Assembly: GCA_038087875.1 (NCBI GenBank)
Contig: JAXLNO010000051.1
Span: 124,001 to 188,000, forward strand
Reading direction: 5' to 3'
Length of the DNA stretch: 64,000 bases
DNA from: Malacoraja senta
Taxonomy: Eukaryota
Position numbers and translations under genes: made by a program. The notes beneath the pieces are model-generated. The model had not been told where the DNA came from, made no database searches, and was given only the letters and a program-made list of their open reading frames with translations. Below, piece by piece: positions 13,100 through 31,395 of this stretch; within the stretch, counting starts at the first letter, position 1, and each line of letters opens with the position of its first letter.

Positions 13100-13115
13100 A
13101 AAACTGGTTACCAAG

Positions 13116-13313
13116 GGACCAGTAGAGCGTCATTTGTAGCCAGGGTCCAGAGAGCAAGGAGCACCGCCACTTCACCTAGGGCCCAAAGTGGGAGGAGCGG
13201 TTACGGGAACTAGCGAGTGGGCGGCACGAAAGTTGTCCTGGTTGTGTTGCTCCTAGGCCTGGCCAATCCGGCCATCTGCGTGCCATTACATAATTATTTT
13301 GTTGATTAAAACT
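13116..13313 (+). mobile_element. Second, shorter Tx1-like fragment at the same target site
   Basis: Contains an LVVLLLGLANPAI-like segment and a ttgattaaaa tail similar to the first Tx1 tail; followed by a third ctggttaccaa at 13317-13327. Confidence 0.55.
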
Positions 13314-13418
13314 AAGCTGGTTACCAAACTCATGGAACTTGGTCTGTGCGCATCCCTCTGCAATTGGATCCTCGACTTCCTCATCCACAGACCATTCTGT
13401 TTGAATTGGTAGAAATAC

Positions 13419-15112
13419 TAAGATATCAATTATTGAGCAGCTAGCATTCACCAACTAAGCGAATCTCATACTCCTGCAGGAGACACACTGCGAAAATGTG
13501 GAGAAATACACAATACCTGAATTCACACTAGCTACTTTCACACCAAGTAGTATATATGGTCTGGCCACTTTCATCAGAGATGACACGGATTGGGCTATAG
13601 AAGGGCAGTCTGCAGAAGACTCAGATCTGGAATGGCTTGCATTGAAGGTTCAGGACGTCACCATCATCAATGTGTACAAGCCACCCCCAGTGCGTCTGGC
13701 TACAACATGCATACCAGTGTTTACCCCACCCTGTGTATACTAAGGTGATGTCAACTGCCACCACACTGAACGGGGCTACTCAAGATGGAATAGTGATGGA
13801 AACAGCCTCATAGATTGGGCATCTGCCAATGACCTCACGCTTCTGTATGATCCAAAGGGGCCAAACAGCTTCCATTCAGTACAAACCCAGACCTAGCCTT
13901 TGCCAGTAACACAAAGAACCATCAGCTACCAACGCGCCGGGTTCTGGAGAAGTTCCCAGGGTCACAGCACCGACCATCACTCATCACCACAACACCACTG
14001 GTTACTCCAACATCGAGCGGTGGAACTTCTGCAAGGCCGACGGGGACAAGTTCCAACAACTTACAAACGCAGCCTCCTCGGGCCTTCCTCCCGCAGACAA
14101 TACCAACCTGGACTCTTCGTACCAAGCCTACTGCAACATGCTTATCAGTGCAGGCAAGAAAACCACCCCCCGTGGCTACCAGAGGGATTACATCCCATGT
14201 TGGGATGATGAGTGTCAACAGCTATACGAAGACATACTGCTGCTGGCACGAAAGAGGATTCTGAAACCACTTCCACTACATTGCTCACGCTTGGATGAGA
14301 AACGACAAGCACGCTGGATTGAGACGGTTGAACCGATCGATTTCACCAACTCTAGCGGTAAAGCATGGCACACAGTCAACCGCCTGACCGGCAGAGCTAC
14401 ATCCAAACCCGACAAATGCCCAGTGACACAGTGACCATCATAGACCCTTAACTACCCCACGAGCAGGCTGGTTTCCGCCAAGGTAGTTCCACTGCAGACC
14501 AGGTAACCCTCCTCACCCAAGACATCGAGGACTGCTTTGAGGTAAATGAGAAGGCAGGGGTTGTTCTTACGGATCTGACAGCTGCCTATGACATCATGTA
14601 GCACCGGGGACTAACTACAAAGCTACTTCGGGTGCTGCCAGACAGGCGCATGGTTCTCTACATCATGGAGCTGATATTTAACCGCAGCTCTGTGCTTAAG
14701 ACCTGTGATGGACGGCAGAGTAGGCTAAGTAGACTGAAGAATGGCGTCCCACAGAGATCTGTCTTGGCTCCGCTGCTTTTCACCGTGTACATCCATTACC
14801 TCCCAGAGACCATCGCTGGAAAATATGGGTATGCTGACGAACTAGCCATCCTGATGAGACACAAAGTGTGGCAGAGAATCGAAAGCTCCTTGAGTCAAGA
14901 CATGGGGACTTTTGCAGTATACCTACGACAGTGGCGTCTAAAGCTGAGCGAAGGCAAAACAGTGTCAACAGCATTTCATTTACACAACAATGAAGCTAAG
15001 CGACAGCTAGCTGTCTTCGTTAACAACAGGCGCTTGGATTTCCAACAAACACCCATTTACCTCGGCGTGTGTTTTGTTGCTTCAAAGGTTTATGCTTCAC
15101 TTGCAAGAAGAA
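13419..15112 (+). mobile_element. Vingi/I-group-like LINE, internally deleted, 11-bp TSD GGTAGAAATAC, (GAA)n tail
   Basis: ORFs 13498-13743 (APE) and 14632-15117 (RT); TSD at 13408-13418 and 15113-15123; ends caagaagaa. Confidence 0.78.
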
Positions 15113-15693
15113 GGTAGAAATACGTCATCCTCATTAACAATCAATACGGGAGCACCTCAAGGCTGCGTGCTCAGCCCCCTGCTCCACTCATTCCATACTC
15201 ATGACTGTGTAGCCGGACACAGTGCGAACTCCATCTTCAAGGTCACCGACAACCACCATTGTTGGACGAATTACAAATGGTGATGAGTGTGAAAGAAGTG
15301 AGATCGACCGATTGACCAAATGGTGCCAGCACAATAACCTGGCTCTCAATATCAGTAACACCAATGAACTGATTGTGGACTTTGGAAGAGGAAGAATGAG
15401 GTTCCACAATCCCGTTTAACATTTTCAAATTCCTGGGCTTACATATTTCCGAAGATCTTTCCTGGACCCAGCACACTGATGCAATTATAAATAAAGCATA
15501 TCAACGTCTCTACTTCCTGAGAAGATTACGGAGATTCGGTATGTCAAAGAGGATTCTCTTGAACTTCTACAGGTGTAAAGTGGAGAACATATTGTCTGGT
15601 TGCACCATGGCCTGGTTCGACAACTACCCAGTCCATCACCGGCTCTGACCTCCCCACCATTGAAGGGATTTACCGGAGTCGCTGCCTCAAAAA

Positions 15694-16260
15694 TGAATTT
15701 GCCTTGGTGCTCCGCCCGCAAGTCGTACTCGAACTCTAACTCGAGTTCGAGATCGTGTTCGAGATAGAGTACGTTCGAGTGCGAATTCGAGGTCGAGATC
15801 GCGATCGAGTTCGAGATAGAGTTCGAGTTTGAGTTCGAGAGAGAGTTCGAGTTGAAGGAATGCATTAATGAATGGATGATTACATTTATTGACCATGTAT
15901 TCACATACAAGGAATTTGCCTTGGTGTTCCGCCCGGGTTCGAGATAGAGTACGAGTTCGAGTGCGAGTTCAAGTGCATGATAGAGTTCGAGTTAGAATTC
16001 GAGTTCAATTTGGAGTTGGAGTTGGAGTTCAAGTTCAAGTTCGAACTCGAGTTCGACTTAAATGAATGAATGAATGAATGAATGAATGAATGAATGAATG
16101 AATACGTTTATTTGTCAAGTACACACATGCAAGGAATTTGCCTTGATGCTCCGCCCGTAACTCGAACTCCAACTCGAGTTGGAGATCAAATTCGAGTTTG
16201 AGTTCGAGATAGATTTCGAGTTCAAGTTCGAGATCGAGTTCGCGTTCGAGATAGTTCGAG
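15694..16260 (-). repeat. Complex satellite block, minus orientation
   Basis: Cores at ~15700 (truncated), ~15890 and ~16110 with (GAAT)n and (TTCGAG)n. Confidence 0.9.
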
Positions 16261-19200
16261 ATAGAAACATACATAGAAACATAGAAAATAGGTGCAGGAG
16301 AAGGCCATTCGGCCCTTCGAGCCTGCACCGCCATTCAATATGATCATGGCTGATCATCCAACTCAGTATCCTGTACCAGCCTTCTCTCCATACCCCCTGA
16401 TACCTTTAGCCACAAGGGCTACATCTAATTCTCTCTTAAATATAGCCAATGAACTGGCCTCAACTACCTTCTGTGGCAGAGAATTCTACAGATTCACCAC
16501 ACTCTGTGTGAAAAATGTTTTTCTCATCTCGGTCCTAAAAGAGTTCCCCCTTATCCTTAAACTGTGACCGCTTGTTCTGGACTTCCCCAACATCGGGAAC
16601 AATCTTCCTGCAACTAGCCTGTCCAACCACTTAAGAATTTTGTAAGTTTCTCTAAGACCCCTCTCAATCTTCTAAATTCTAGCGAGTACAAGCCAAGTCT
16701 ATCCAGTCTTTCTTCATATGAAAGTCCTCACATCCCAGGAATCAGTCTGGTGAACCTTCTCTGTACTCCCTCTATGGCAAGAATGTCTTTCCTCAGATTA
16801 GGAGACCAAAACTGTAGGCAATACTCCAGGTGTAGTCTCACCAAGACCCTGTACAACTGCAGTAGAACCTCCCTGCTCCTATACTCAAATCCTTTTGCTA
16901 TGAATGCTAACATACCATTCGCTTTCTTCACTGCCTGCTGCACCTGCATGTCTACTTTCAATGACTGGTGTATCATGTCACCCAGGTCTCGTTGCATCTC
17001 CCCTTTTCCTAATCGGCCACCATTCAGATAATAGACTAGCATCCTGGTTTTGCCACCAAAGTGGATAACCTCACATTTATCCACATTATACTGCATCTGC
17101 CATGCATTTGCCCACTCACCCAGCCTATCCAAGTCACCTTGCAGCCTCCTAGCATCCTCCTCACAGCTAACACTGCCCCCCAGCTTCGTGTCATCCGCAA
17201 ACTTGGAGATGTTGCATTGAATTCCCTCGTCCAAATCATTAATATATATTGTAAATAGCTGGGGTCCCAGCACTGAGCCTTGCGGTACACCACTAGTCAC
17301 TGACTGGCATTCTGAAAAGGACCCGTTTACTCCTACTCTTTGCTTCCTTTCTGCCAGCCAGTTCTCTATCCACATCAATACTGAACACCCAATACAGTTT
17401 GCTTTACGTTTGTATACTAATCTCTTATGTGGGACCTTGTCGAAAGCCTTCTGAAAGTCCAGATATAACACATCCACTGGTTCTCCCTTATCCACTCTAC
17501 TAGTTACATCCTCGAAAAATTCTATAAGATTCGTCAGACATGATTTCCCTTTCATAAATCCACGCTGACTTTGTCCAATGATTTCACCACTTTCCAAATG
17601 TGCTGCTATCCCATGTTTAATAAGTGACTCTAGCAGTTTCCCCACTACCGATGTTAGACTAACTGGTCTGTAATTCCCCGTTTCCTCTCTCCATCCCTTT
17701 TTTTTTAAAGTGGGGTTACATTAGCTACCCTCCAATCCTCAGGAACTACTCCAAAATCTAAAGAGTTTTGAAAAATTATCACTAATGCATCCACTATTTC
17801 TGTGGCTACTTCCTTAAGTACTCTTGGATGCAGCCTATCTGGCCCTGGGGATTTATCGGCCTTTAATCCATTCAATTTACCTAACACCACTTCCCGGCTA
17901 ACCTGGATTTCACTCAGTTCCTCCATCTCATTTGACCCCCGGTCCCCTGCTATTTCCGGCAGATTATTTATGTCTTCCTTAGTGAAGACAGAACCAAAGT
18001 AGTTATTCAATTGGTCTGCCATGTCCCTGTTTTCCATGATCAATTCGCCTGTTTCTGACTGCAAGGGACCTACATTTGTTTTAACTAATCTTTTTCTCTT
18101 CACATATCTATAAAAACTTTTGCAGTCAGTTTTTATGTTCCCTGCCAGTTTTCTTTCAAAATCTATTTTACCTTTCCTAATTAAGCCCTTTGTCCTCCTC
18201 TGCTGGACTCTGAATTTCTCCCAGTCCTCCGGTAGGCTGCTTTTTCTGGCTAATTTGTATGCTTCATCTTTTGTTTTGATACAATCCCTGATTTCCCTTG
18301 TTATCCACGGATGCACTACCTTCCCTGATTTATTCTTTTTCCAAACTGGGATGAACAATTGTTGTAGTTCATCCATGCAGCCTTTAAATGCCTTCCATTG
18401 CATATCCACCGTCAACCCTTTAAGAATCAATTGCCAGCCTATCTTGGCCAATTCACGTCTCATACCCTCAAAGTTACCTTTCTTTAAGTTCAGAACCCTT
18501 GTTTCTGAATTAACTATGTCACTCCCATCCGAATGAAGAACTCAACAATATTATGGTCACTCTTGCCCAAGGGGCCACGCACAACAAAACTGCTACCAAA
18601 CCCTTCCTCATTACTCAATACTCAGTCTAGAATAGCCTGCTCTCTCGTTGGTTCCTCTACATGTTGGTTTAGAAAACTATCCCGCATAGATTCCAAGAAA
18701 TCCTCTTCCTCAGCACCCCTGCCAATTTGATTCACCCAATCTATATGCAGATTGAAGTCTCCCATTATAACTGTTTTACCTTTGTTGCACGCATTTCTAA
18801 TTTCCTGTTTGATGCCATCCCCAACTCCACTACTACTGTTAGGTTGCCTGCACACAACTCCCACAAGCATTTTCTGCCCCTTAGTGTTTCGCAGCTCTAC
18901 CCATATCGATTCCACACCCTCCAAGCTAATGTCCTTCCTTTCTATTGCGTTAATCTCCTCTCTAACCAGCAACGCTACCCCACCTCCTTTTCCTTTCTGT
19001 CTATCCCTCCTGAATATTGAATATCCCTGGATGTTCAGCTCCCAGCCTTGGTCACCCTGTAGCCATGTCTCCGTGATCCCAACTACATCATAATCATTAA
19101 TAGCTATCTGCACACTCAACTCATCCACCTTATTACAAATGCTCCTTGCATTAAGACAAAGCATTCAGGCTTGTTTTTACAACACTCTTATCCCTTATAC

Positions 19201-19312
19201 AATTATGTTGAGAAGTGGCCCTTTTTGATTTTTGCCCTGGATTTGTCTGCCTGCCACTTTTACTTTTCACCTTGCTACCTATAGCTTCTACCCTCATTTT
19301 ACACCCCTACAC
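16261..19312 (-). mobile_element. CR1 LINE, near-complete ORF2 (APE + RT), frameshifted, (TTCTATGT)n tail
   Basis: ORFs 18622-19164 (CLNARSI, GITETWL, GDFN), 17705-18463 (KSPGPD.LHPRVLKE) and 16728-17645 (LDFQKAFDKV, GVPQGSVLGP, FADD); tail at 16261-16290. Confidence 0.95.
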
Positions 19313-25787
<6,475 letters not shown>

Positions 25788-25980
25788 TGTTGATTTGTAG
25801 TCCTTATAATAACAATGGCCTTACACCATGTAAGGTTATATAGAGTTTATTGGTTACAAGCACTACAACTTCGCACTCAGGAGTTCAATTTAAGACTAAC
25901 GGAATGCAGCAGACCGCGACGCTAACAAGCTAGTGGGCGTAACTACAAATGCAAGACATAGCATGAGCAACGAATCTACA
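25788..25980 (-). mobile_element. Gypsy 3' LTR (193 bp, TG...CA) preceded by polypurine tract AAGAGGGGGA
   Basis: On the minus strand the PPT at 25981-25990 is followed by TGTAGA...AATAAA...TCAACA. Same-length copy at 39917-40109. Confidence 0.82.
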
Positions 25981-25990
25981 TCCCCCTCTT

Positions 25991-27235
25991 AAAGAATCAA
26001 TAACGATGTATATCCATAACTAAGCAAAGCAAATATCACAACCGATGACAGACTGGTGGAAAGTGAAACATCGTTCGGATACATCACGACCGGCCTGCAA
26101 ACACGACCGGGACGTGTACGATAGAGGCCATCTCCATTCTTTTTCTCTGGGGAAAGAGCAGGCGATGTCACCGCCTTGGGGGAGTGGACAAATGTCCCTG
26201 GAGTCGAAGCAGGAGAATTTGGCGCACGCGAAGATGGAACAGACAGAGAACTGTCGCAGGCATGGATTGTTGTGCTGGCAAGAGCATGTGGGGGTCACTA
26301 GATGCAGATTGAAATGAACTTGTACGATCCGGATAATAAGGAGGAGGGATTGACTCGTTCACAGGCAGAAGATGCTGTCTGTTGCATTGGTAGGTGCCGC
26401 TATCGGCTCTAACAATGTACCAGCGTGGCTCCGAAGCGGGACCAGAAACCACCCTCATACGGTCATGGCCTTTGTCAGTCTGTAAGAGGACCACCTGTCC
26501 TTTGGTCAATGGTGGCAGTGGCTTACTCGTCTTGTCGAACCATTTCTTTTGAATGTCACGCTTTTGCTGCAACCTGGATTGAACCTCCTTTGGCGGAAAC
26601 ACATGTGGGGTTAATGTGTGCTCCGCTACGGCAGCGTGGTACGGGTCTGCCTCTACAATAATCGTTGAGTAGATGAACCCAGGGCAGGATCACGGGAAAT
26701 GTTGCGTAAGTTGAGTAATCAAGGAAGACGTCAGAGCGAATATGAGAACGTTCCATAAGTTGATTTGCACTTCTGACAGCCAGTTCAGCCAGCCCGTTAG
26801 ACTGTGGATATTCAGGGCTTCTGGTGATGTGGTGGAAATTCCACCGTCTGGCAAACTCTCTGAATTGTTGGCTGGTAAACTGACTGCCATTGTCAGTCAG
26901 CAACTTGCCTGGAGATCTGTGGATGGAAAAATGACGAGATAATTTCGAAATCACACAACTGGTAGTGGGGCTGCTGAGAAAATCAATGTCGAACCATCCT
27001 GAATACGAATCCACGAGCACCAGGTACTGCTTGCCGTGCCATTCAAATAAATCAGCTGCCACTGTCGACCATGGGAGCGCAGAGATAGAATGTGGCAGAA
27101 ATGGTTGCTTTTGTGGATGAGGCGCCAGGCTATTGCACACAGCATAAGCTGCCACATTATCGTTGATGTATTCGGCCATGCTAGGCCAGGAAAACATGCT
27201 TTTCGCCCGTGAAACAGTGGCTTCATCACCTGGGT
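25991..27235 (-). pseudogene. Ty3/Gypsy integrase and C-terminal pol region, degraded
   Basis: ORF 26556-27410: GHPG...CN, PWSTVAADLF, LVDSYSGW, TDNGSQFT, PQSNGLAE. ORF 26168-26602: QKKWFDK...LPPL...PRWYIV...NRQHLLP. Confidence 0.88.
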
Positions 27236-27239
27236 GTCC

Positions 27240-28205
27240 TACACGGGCAACGTCAAAATAACGGTGATGCAGCGAAACAGGAACATGGCGTTTCGGATCG
27301 AAACCTTTCAGACGCACTCTGAAGAATGGTCTCGGCACGAAACGCCACTCATTCCTTCTCTCCAGAGATGCTGCCTGTTTTGTGCGTGGGAGCTTGGATG
27401 CATTCCGCAAACACCGAGACGGTAAGAAATAAACGTCTGTCCGCGCGGTGGGGGTGAATCACCCTGGTGTGGGGGTTGGGGTCCGATGGCGGTGCCTCGC
27501 GGTCAGTGACAGTGGGACGCTCCCGCGGGAGGAGACAGAAGAGAGAGAGAAGAGTAGAGAGAGAAGAGGAGAGAGAGAGGAGAGAGAAGAGGGTTAGGAG
27601 GAGAGAAAGGGAGAGAGAGAAGGGAGAGAGAGAAGGGAGAGAGAGAAGAGGTGGAGAGAGAAGGGGAGACGGGAGCGCGGGGTTCATTTTCCCACACAAG
27701 CCATAGGTGACTGGGCAATCTGAACCCAAGCACCAAGTTGAAAGCGGCCGAATGTGTGCATTCCTCGGAACAGCCGCCACGCTCCCACGGCCACCCTCCG
27801 TGGGCTGCTGGTCGGGTAGAGCGGAGGTTTGGGACAATGTTCATGCCTTCACAGTGATGTGATGGACGCGGGGGTCTGGACAAATCGCTGACAAGTCCCG
27901 CCCCCGGCAACGTCATGTCCGTTATTGGACTTTTCTGTTGAGCGGCAGTCGGTCCTTAGGCTTGTTGGCGACGCCGCCTTTCGGGTAGGTGGCGTTTTGT
28001 CAGAGCGGCCATTCGGTAAGTTTGCTTTTAGGCGACGCAGCTTTTCGGTTCGTTGGCTTTAAGCGTCCCGCCCTTTCGGTTAGTTTGCATTTAGGCGTCC
28101 CGTCCTTTCAGTTAGTAGGCGTTTCGTCTTCGGGTTCTTTCGGTTTGTTGACGATTCGGCCTCGTTTCCATTCGATTCTTTGGCTTCGACTTCTTTGCTT
28201 CGGCT
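27240..28205. other. Unclassified insertion within the Gypsy pol (CCGAA/TTCGG-rich terminal segment, GA-rich tract, Penelope-type remnant)
   Basis: Interrupts the pol reading; inverted copy at ~38605-39265; repeated TTCGG/TTTCGG words at 27980-28205. Confidence 0.5.
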
Positions 28206-28206
28206 T

Positions 28207-28496
28207 CTTGTCTGTCGGCGCCACGTCTGAGTATCATCTGGCCAGCCGTGCTTAATGACAAAAGTTAGCGACCGTAGGGTCTTGTCTGTCGGCGCCACGT
28301 CTGGGTATTATCTGGCCAGCAGTGCTTAATGACAGAAGTTAGCGACCGTAGGGTCTTATCTGTCGGCGCCACGTCTGGGTATCATCTGGCCAGCCGTGCT
28401 TAATGACAGAAGTTAGCGACCGTAGGGTCTTGTCTGTCGGCGCCACGTCTGGGTATCATCTGGCCAGGCGTGCTTAATGACAGAAGTTAGCGACCG
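28207..28496. repeat. 74-bp tandem repeat, 4 copies (a fifth lies after the CR1 insertion at 31396-31480)
   Basis: gcgaccg recurs at 28268, 28342, 28416 and 28490, i.e. exactly 74 bp apart. Confidence 0.92.
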
Positions 28497-31395
28497 ACAA
28501 ATCCAGGGCAAAAATCAAAAAGGGCCACTTTTCAACATAATTGTATAAGGGGTAAGAGCGTTGTAAAAACAAGCCTGAAGGCTTTGTCTCAATGCAAGGA
28601 GCATTCGTAATAAGGTGGATGAGTTGAACGTGCAGATAGCAATTAATGATTATGATATAGTTGGGATCACGGAGACATGGCTCCAGGGTGACCAAGGCTG
28701 GGAGCTGAACATCCAGGGATATTCAATATTCAGGAGGGATAGAGAGAAAGGAAAAGGAGGTGGGGTAGCGTTGCTGGTTAGAGAGGAGATTAACGCAGTG
28801 GAAAGGAAGGACATTAGCTTGAGGATGTGGAATCGGTATGGGTAGATCTGCGAAACACTAAGGGGCAGAAAACGCTGGTGGGTGTTATGTACAGGCCACC
28901 TAGCAGTAGTAGTGAAGTTGGGGATGGCATCAAACAGGAAATTAGAAATGCGTGCAACAAAGGCAAAACAGTTATAATGGGTGACTTCAATCTACATATA
29001 GATTGGGTGAATCAAATTGGCAGGGGTGCTGAGGAAGAGGATTTCTTGGAATGTATGCGGGATAGTTATCTAAACCAACATATAGAGGAACCAACGAGAG
29101 AGCAGGCTATTCTAGACTGGGTATGGAGTAATGAGGAAGGGTTAGTTAGCAGTCTTGTTGTGCGTGCCCCCTTGGGCAAGAGTGACCATAATATGGTTGA
29201 GTTCTTCATTAGGATGGAGAGTGACATTGTTAATTCAGAAACAACGGCTCTGAACTTAAAGAAAGGTAACTTTGAGGGTATGAGACGTGAATTGGCCAAG
29301 ATTGACTGGCAGTTAGTTCTAAAAGGGTTGACGGTGGATATGCAATGGAGGGCATTTAAAGACTGCATGGATGAACTACAAAAATTGTTCATCCCAGTTT
29401 GGCAAAAGAATAAATCAGGGAAGGTAGTGCATCCGTGGAAAACAAGGGAAATCAGGGGTAGTATCAAAGCAAAAGATGATGCGTACAAATTTGCCAGAAA
29501 AAGCAGCATACCAGAGACTGGGAGAAATTCAGAGACCAGCAGAGGAGGACAAATAGCTTAATTAGGAAAGGAAAATAGATTATGAAAGGAAACTGGCAGG
29601 GAACATAAAACTGACTGCAAAATTTTCATAGATATGTGAAGAGAAAGAGATTAGTTAAAACAAATGTAGGTCCCTTGCAGTCAGAAACATGTGAATTGAT
29701 CATGGGGAACAAGGATATGGCGGACCAATTGAATAACTACTTTGGTTCCGTCTTCACTAAGGAAGACATAAATAATCTGCCGGAAATAGCAGGGGGCCGC
29801 GGGTCAAAGGAGATGGAGGAACTGAGTGAAATCCAGGTTAGTCGGGAAGTGGTGTTGGGTAAATTGAATGGATTAAAGGCCGATAAATCACCAGGGCTAG
29901 ATAGGCTGCATCCCAGAGTACTTAAGGAAGTAGCTCCAGAAATAGTGGATGCATCAGTGATAATTTTTCAAAACTCTTTAGATTCTGGAGTAGTTCCTGA
30001 GGATTGGAGGGTAGCAAACGTAAGCCCACTTTTTAGAAGGGAGGGAGAGAGAAAACGGGGAATTACAGACCAGTTAGTCTAACATCGGTAGTGGGGGAAA
30101 CTGCTAGAGTCACTTATTAAAGATGGGATAGCAGCACATTTGGAAAGTGGTGAAATCATTGGACAAAGTCAGCATGGATTTACGAAAGGTGAATTATGTC
30201 TGACGAATCTTATAGAATTTTTCGAGGATGTAACTAGTAGAGTGGATAGGAGAGAACCAGTGGATGTGTTGAATCTGGACTTTCAGAAGGCTTTCGACAA
30301 GGTACCACATAAGAGATTAGTATACAAACTTAAAGCACACGGTATTGGGGGTTCAGTATTGATGTGGATAGAAAACTGGCTGGCAAACAGGAAGCAAAGA
30401 CTAGGAGTAAACGGGTCCTTTTCACATGGCAGGCAGTGACTAGTGGGGTACCGCAAGGCTCAGTGCTGGGACCCCAGCTATTTACAATTTATATTAATGA
30501 ACTGGATGAGGGAATTGAAGGCAACATCTCCACGTTTGCGGGTGACAATAAGCTGGGGGGCAGTGTTAGCTGTGAGGAGGATGCTAGGAGCCTGCAAGGT
30601 GACTTGGATAGGTGGGTGAGTGGGCAAATGTTTGGCAGATGCAGTATAATGTGGATAAATGAGGTTATCCACTTTGTGGCAAACACAGGAAAGCAGACTA
30701 TTATCTAAATGGTGGCCGATTAGGAAATGGGGAGATGCAGCGAGACCTGGGTGTCATGGTACACCAGTCATTGAAAGTAGGCATGCAGGTGCAGCAGGCA
30801 GTGAAGAAAGCGAATGTATGTTAGCTTTCATAGCAAAAGGATTTGAGTATACGAGGCAGGGAGGTTCTACTGCAGTTGTACAGGGTCTTGGTGAGACCAC
30901 ACCTGGAGTATTGCGTACAGTTTTGGTCTCCAAATCTCATATGAAGAAAGACTGGATAGACTTGGCTTATACTCGCTTGAATTTAGGAGGTTGAGGGGGG
31001 ATCTTATAGAAACGTACACAATTCTTATGGGGTTGGACAGGCTAGATGCAGGAAGATTGTTCCCGATTTTGGGGAAATCCAGGACAAGGGGTCACAGCTT
31101 AAGGATAAGGGGGAAATCCTTTAAGACCGAGATGAGGAAAAACTTTTTCACACAGAGAGTGGTGAATCTCTGGATCTCTCTGCCACAGAGGGTAGTTGAG
31201 GCCAGTTCATTGGCTATATTTAAGAGGAGTTAGATGTGGCCGTTGTGGCTAAGGGGATCAGCGGGTATGGAGAGAAGGCAGGTACGGGATACTGAGTTGG
31301 ATGATCAGCCATGATCATATTGAATGGCGGTGCAGGCTCGAAGGGCCGAATGGCCTACTCCTGCACCTATTTTCTATGTATCTATGTATCTATGT
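28497..31395 (+). mobile_element. CR1 LINE ORF2 (APE + RT), 5'-truncated and frameshifted, inserted in the 74-bp repeat
   Basis: ORFs 28615-28845, 28827-29561, 29636-30082, 30140-30439 and 30364-30708; same family as 16261-19312; tail ttctatgtatctatgtatctatg. Confidence 0.94.

Larger units (their letters stand above)
12315..15693 (+). mobile_element. Rex1/Babar LINE RT fragment acting as host for Tx1-like and Vingi-like insertions
   Basis: Pieces 12315-12599 ([16 protein letters not shown]), 13314-13418 (KLVTKLMELGL..SLCNWILDFL) and 15113-15693 (TGAPQGCVLSPLL...YRSRCLK) join into a colinear Rex1 RT. Confidence 0.87.
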
